From a virus, in the IMG/VR virus record IMGVR_UViG_3300039216_000106, positions 721 through 64,720 of that record: 64,000 bases of DNA, one strand, 5' to 3'. Below are positions 60,088-64,000 of this stretch, piece after piece. Both the position numbers and the translations under genes were made by a program. Positions within the stretch are counted from its first letter, which is position 1. The number at the start of each line of letters is the position of its first letter. Below the pieces are notes generated by a model, which worked only from the letters and a program-made list of their open reading frames with translations, had not been told where the DNA came from and did no database searches.

Positions 60088-61671
60088 ATGGTGAATATTC
60101 CGCTTTCCGGCACGCCCGGCTCGTTCGATCCGCGCAACCCGACGCTGGTCCCGAACTTCGACCGCCCCGGCAATAGCGGGTACGGCACATTGGACCATAT
60201 CTCACCAGCTCAATTCCTGATCAACAACCCGCGCACCGATGCGAGCGCGGTAGTGACGATCGGTGAAACCGTTACGACCGGCGATGTCAGCACGTTGCGT
60301 GTCGCGCACGGCCTGTTCACCGGTGGTTACCTCGAAAAGTCGCATACATCGATCGGCGGCGATACCGTTTCCACCATCGCCGATGCGCTCCAAACCGCGT
60401 TCAACGCCGATGCACAGGCGAAAGCCGTTGGCCTTGTGGTCAGCGCCGCCGCGGGCGTCTTGACCTTCGCATGGCCTTCCGCGCTCGGCAACATGGCCAT
60501 TCTGTCCGGCTGGGCCGAAGCCGCGGCCGAAACCATCACGATTGGCGGCACCGCGACCGCAACCGATACGCTCAACGTCCGCTTTGCGGGTGGTGCGCTT
60601 TCCACTCCCGTCATTGTCGCCGCAACGGTGACTGGCGGCGAAAGCACGACCGACATGGCGACGGGCGTCAAGAACGCGATCAACGCCAGCGCAACCCTCA
60701 CCGCGGCTGGGATCACTGCCACGTCGTCAGGTGCCGTTGTGACCCTGGTCACGACGCCGGATTCCGGCGCAAACACGGTTCTGGCCTGGGCCAATGGTCC
60801 AGCCGAAACCGGCACCGTCGCCAACATGACGGCGACCGAAACGGCGACGATTGGCACGGGTAGCGCTCCGGCCGCGCTTGACACTGTCGCGCTGACCTTC
60901 ACCAATTCTGGTGTGACCGGCCTTCCCGTCACCAAGACCTACACCGTGATCGGCGGCGATACCGTCAACACGATTGCGGCCGGGCTCAACGCGCTGATCA
61001 ACGCCGACGCGGTTCTGGCCGCAGGGTTCATCACGTCCACGGTTTCCAACGCGGTTCTGACCTTCCACCAGCCGCAGGCCGTTGGCAACTCGACTGTCGT
61101 GACCCGTACCGTTACAGAGACGGGCGGCGGATCTGAAACCGTCACGTTTGGCAACGCGGGAAGCCTCGCTGGTGGCGTCGGTGCCGTGGGCAACACCGTC
61201 GCGCTCACCGTCACAAACTCGCTTTTGACCGGTAGCCCGATCACGAAGACGTACACCGTGGTCGCTGGCAATGACGCCACCGCCGTTGCGGCAGGGCTCA
61301 AGGCCCTTGTCAATGCCGACACCGTACTGGCCGCCGCAGGTTATGCCGCCACCAATTCTGCGAACGTGCTGTCCGTGACCAATCCGGCCGTGGCTGGCCC
61401 CACCGCGTATTCGCGGACTTCGGCCGTCATCACGTTCACGCTGGCCGGTGACCCGACCGAGACGCTGACCATTGCCGCGGGCGAGACCGAGACGTTTACG
61501 CTCAACCCGCTCACCGGCATCTTTGCCGGCGGCGACGGCCCGGTTATCCCGTACAACAACTTCAGCTATGTCTGGCACAGCGCGACCATGAATTTCTGGA
61601 TCGGCCAGCCCGTCATCGTGCCTTACGACCTCCTGGCCGCACTGGTCGCCGATGGAGAACCAATCGTATGA
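60088..61671 (+). CDS. Virion protein with four tandem copies of the shared ~75-aa module (decoration or head-fibre candidate)
   Basis: 527 aa. The copies lie at about aa 54-130, 148-222, 250-328 and 349-432. Confidence 0.6.
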   Translation: MVNIPLSGTPGSFDPRNPTLVPNFDRPGNSGYGTLDHISPAQFLINNPRTDASAVVTIGETVTTGDVSTLRVAHGLFTGGYLEKSHTSIGGDTVSTIADALQTAFNADAQAKAVGLVVSAAAGVLTFAWPSALGNMAILSGWAEAAAETITIGGTATATDTLNVRFAGGALSTPVIVAATVTGGESTTDMATGVKNAINASATLTAAGITATSSGAVVTLVTTPDSGANTVLAWANGPAETGTVANMTATETATIGTGSAPAALDTVALTFTNSGVTGLPVTKTYTVIGGDTVNTIAAGLNALINADAVLAAGFITSTVSNAVLTFHQPQAVGNSTVVTRTVTETGGGSETVTFGNAGSLAGGVGAVGNTVALTVTNSLLTGSPITKTYTVVAGNDATAVAAGLKALVNADTVLAAAGYAATNSANVLSVTNPAVAGPTAYSRTSAVITFTLAGDPTETLTIAAGETETFTLNPLTGIFAGGDGPVIPYNNFSYVWHSATMNFWIGQPVIVPYDLLAALVADGEPIV

Positions 61672-62045
61672 CGCGGGGTGCCAACCTCAAGAAGACGTGC
61701 GCGCGGTGCGGCGCTGAGGCCCATATCAGGACCAAGGTCTGCAAGACGTGTCAGACGCCGTTCCCTGGCATGGCCAAGAAAGCTTCCGCTACGGCAGAAA
61801 ATGTTTCTGTGAAACATTCCGACCCGAACGCGCCCACGGTTTACGCCGCAATCCGTGACTTCCGTCATGTCATCGGTGGCGCCACCGTGGCGTTTACCGC
61901 GGGCAAGCCGATCACGGACGAACGCATTTTGGCCGCTCTGATCCAGGCCGAAGCCCCGATTGCGCCGCTTGACCCGAGCAAAGAACTGGTGCGATGCCCG
62001 CATTGCGGCGTCCTTTTCGTGAACGAGAAACCCGCGGAAAACTGA
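61668..62045 (+). CDS. Double zinc-ribbon protein
   Basis: 125 aa with ATGA overlap. Contains CARCG...CKTC near the N-terminus and CPHCG near the C-terminus. Confidence 0.45.
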   Translation: MTRGANLKKTCARCGAEAHIRTKVCKTCQTPFPGMAKKASATAENVSVKHSDPNAPTVYAAIRDFRHVIGGATVAFTAGKPITDERILAALIQAEAPIAPLDPSKELVRCPHCGVLFVNEKPAEN

Positions 62046-62046
62046 T

Positions 62047-62883
62047 GTGCTCACCGAAGCCACAAAAGCGAATGTTCGTAGGCATTTGCAATTTCCCGCC
62101 ATCGGGTTGCTGAGGGTATCGGCTGGCGGTCAAACGCTGGGCAGCGCTGCGGCTGGCTATCGGTTTTTCGAAGTATTCGGACAGTTGGAATGGCGGCTGA
62201 ACAATTTGGCCGGCAATGAAGAGGCCATGCTGACCGGCGCGAGTTATGGTTCCGTGATCCTGGTCGGGCCTCAACCGGCGCAGGGCGATACGGTTTCGAT
62301 CACGGTTTCTGGCGGCTTGATCCCGAGCCCGGTTACAGTCACCGCGACGGCCCCGGCCCCATCGGTTGACGCATCTGGCCAGCCCACTGACACCCGCATC
62401 AACCTCGTGAACGGCTTGGCCGCGGGCATCGCCGCAAATGCCGTGCTTCAATCCCTTGGCGTCTACAGCGCGGCGCCATACGGCACCGGCCCCTATTCGC
62501 AGAACGCCGCGGCCGTGCCGGAAATCAGCATCGTGTCACCGTTCGATTTTGCCATTTCGGCCACGGGCTCTGGCGTTCTGAAGCCCCAGGTCACGGCCAA
62601 CGGGGTGAAACTGCCGCCGAGCGCGAGCCTGGACGGCGGAACGACCACGCTTTACGGGTATCTCGGAATTCTCGACGGGCTTGAAAGTGCGTTCGCCGGA
62701 TCGAGCGACAATTTAGATACTAAACGGGCAGCCGTTTGGGAACATCATTCCCAGGAACTTGCCATGAGGCAAAGTTTGTATCAATCCTGGGTTTCTCGCC
62801 TTTCCGACTTTCTGAACATCCCTGTCAATCCGCGCCGCACCGGCACGCCCGCAACCCACCTTGGCGTCATGAGGTTTTCATGA
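62047..62883 (+). CDS. Virion protein with one divergent copy of the module
   Basis: 278 aa with GTG start. The module spans about aa 69-143 (VGPQPAQGDTVSITV...NLVNGLAAGIAANAVLQSLGV). Confidence 0.5.
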   Translation: MLTEATKANVRRHLQFPAIGLLRVSAGGQTLGSAAAGYRFFEVFGQLEWRLNNLAGNEEAMLTGASYGSVILVGPQPAQGDTVSITVSGGLIPSPVTVTATAPAPSVDASGQPTDTRINLVNGLAAGIAANAVLQSLGVYSAAPYGTGPYSQNAAAVPEISIVSPFDFAISATGSGVLKPQVTANGVKLPPSASLDGGTTTLYGYLGILDGLESAFAGSSDNLDTKRAAVWEHHSQELAMRQSLYQSWVSRLSDFLNIPVNPRRTGTPATHLGVMRFS

Positions 62884-63551
62884 GAGCCGAGGGCATCGCA
62901 AAGAAGATTTGGACGGGGTACGGCCGCGCCGGCAAGAAACTCGGTTTTCCGACGAACGTGTATCGCCCATCGTCCGCGACCAACCCGTTGGCGCCGGGAA
63001 ATCTCGTTACCACGCTCAAAGCCAGCTTTGCCCACAACGAAGAATTCACGTCGATGGACAAATACGGCCAGCCGATGTGGCACACCATCATCGACGGCAA
63101 CAAGGTAACGGACGGCGACTATCTGGTCTACACCGACTTGCATTTCGACGGGACGCGGACCTTTTTTCTGGCCTGCCGCTGGCCCGATTTGCCTATGCCC
63201 TCGGTCTACTGCAACTCGGTCATCAACGTGATGCGACCGGCGCAGAATGCGGGGACAGGGGTGCAGGGCTATGGCGGCAACACACTGGCGGGCGAGACGG
63301 TTGTGCTGGGCGGCGGCTGGCCGTGCGGCCTGCTTGAAGGCCGTTTGGGCCAAGCCAACGTGAAACTGCCAGGCGATACCAAAGACCCGTGGTGGCGCGT
63401 CCTGTTGCCGCCAAGCGTGCCGGTCGAACTGAAATCCCGCGATATTATCGAAGAGGTGGGACAAACCACGCCGCCGCGCCGGTTCGTGGTGTCCAGCGCA
63501 GAACTGAGCGAATTGGGCTGGCGGATTTTAGCTGAACAGGCCACGGCATAA
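62880..63551 (+). CDS. Hypothetical virion-module protein
   Basis: 223 aa with ATGA overlap. Confidence 0.5.
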   Translation: MRAEGIAKKIWTGYGRAGKKLGFPTNVYRPSSATNPLAPGNLVTTLKASFAHNEEFTSMDKYGQPMWHTIIDGNKVTDGDYLVYTDLHFDGTRTFFLACRWPDLPMPSVYCNSVINVMRPAQNAGTGVQGYGGNTLAGETVVLGGGWPCGLLEGRLGQANVKLPGDTKDPWWRVLLPPSVPVELKSRDIIEEVGQTTPPRRFVVSSAELSELGWRILAEQATA

Positions 63552-64000
63552 TGGCGGACCTCAGCAACATCTACGACGCATTCACGGCCGCGCTGAACCA
63601 AGTGTTTTACGCGGGCGCGACGCCGACGCCCGGCCAAGTCTCGACCGTTACCGGTTCCGTGGTGCGCATCTATCCCGGTTGGCCCGCGGCCGATCAGCTC
63701 AACATCGATTTGGCCGCTGGCGTCGTAACGGTTTCCATCTTCGCGCCGCCCGGCGCATACCGCAACACGACGCGTTACCCGCTGAATTGGGTGACCAAGA
63801 CGGCACCTGTCACCACGGTAACGGCGACGGTAGATGAGACCGGGACCGAAGTCACGATTGGCGGGACCGTTTCGATTCCGCAGAACATCGCCGTGCTGGT
63901 TGATGGCCACTTTGCCAAATACGCAGTGCAGATCGGCGACACCCTGAATTCGATTGCGACTGCAGTCGCCGCCGCCGTCAATGCGTTCGAGCCCGCTTAT
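63551..64000 (+). CDS. Virion-module protein, 5' part only (runs off the window); contains the start of another module copy
   Basis: TAATG coupling to the upstream gene. 150 codons are open to the window edge. The sequence ends VTIGGTVSIPQNIAVLVDGHFAKYAVQIGDTLNSIATAVAAAVNA. Confidence 0.5.
   Translation, partial: MADLSNIYDAFTAALNQVFYAGATPTPGQVSTVTGSVVRIYPGWPAADQLNIDLAAGVVTVSIFAPPGAYRNTTRYPLNWVTKTAPVTTVTATVDETGTEVTIGGTVSIPQNIAVLVDGHFAKYAVQIGDTLNSIATAVAAAVNAFEPAY

Larger units (their letters stand above)
1..64000. mobile_element. Contractile-tailed phage genome segment or prophage interior (no integrase or att site seen in window)
   Basis: Contiguous tail, lysis, recombination, replication, terminase, portal, scaffold and capsid modules. 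Dense packing with many ATGA/GTGA/TAATG start-stop overlaps. Confidence 0.9.

Noticed and set aside
63551-64000. Possibility that the window is a circular genome with the last ORF continuing into position 1
   Set aside because: The open frame at the 3' edge would continue in frame 1 at the start of the window. The ORF that terminates at 63-65, coupled to the sheath gene, is in frame 3. The ends therefore do not join directly, and more sequence must lie between them.

Overview
High-GC (about 60% by eye), gene-dense dsDNA. I read it as most of a contractile-tailed phage genome or the interior of a prophage. The probable host is an alphaproteobacterium, because the window encodes GapR/DUF2312, two GcrA-like proteins and a DnaA domain-IV-like protein. 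I recognised no rRNA, tRNA, CRISPR array, integrase or att site.

Layout:
- 1-16.2 kb (+): tail and lysis module. Order is sheath, tube, a chaperone with a -1 frameshift site, tape measure, gpU/X/D-like proteins, a two-gene antisense insert, baseplate V/W/J/gp48-like proteins, fibre, muramidase, holin candidates and spanins.
- 16.2-26.2 kb (-): early-left operon. It holds an XRE regulator with its own promoter, HNH, a DEDDh exonuclease, NinB, RecT, a FEN-type 5'-3' exonuclease fusion, a KTSC protein and several secreted or membrane proteins.
- 26.3-39.5 kb (mostly +): early/middle genes. These are a Cro-like HTH, GapR, DUF1064, a DnaA-C-like protein, an SNF2-type helicase with a beta-class methyltransferase, GcrA-like x2, HNH, DUF1376, a GGQ-less release-factor-like domain and an MmcB-like nuclease. 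A 2.5 kb inverted island carries a short C5-methyltransferase.
- 39.5-64 kb (+): packaging and head genes (TerS, TerL, portal, scaffold, major capsid), interrupted by two accessory islands.

Most notable observations:
- A TTGTAACGC box recurs in at least 18 intergenic positions in front of late operons.
- A roughly 75-aa module is shared by the sheath and at least four other virion proteins.
- A 12-bp x 28 in-frame tandem repeat encodes (R/G/W)(D/G)QL tetrapeptides.
- A 74-aa biotinyl-domain protein carries a VMKM motif.
- An RF-1-like domain lacks the GGQ motif.
- A DHH phosphoesterase and a motif-I-less C5-MTase-like protein sit in the head region.
- A low-GC 1184-aa fibre-like gene is inserted between portal and scaffold.
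- An unexplained 0.7 kb gap lies upstream of the capsid gene.

All family assignments come from by-eye motif recognition and need HMM or structure confirmation.
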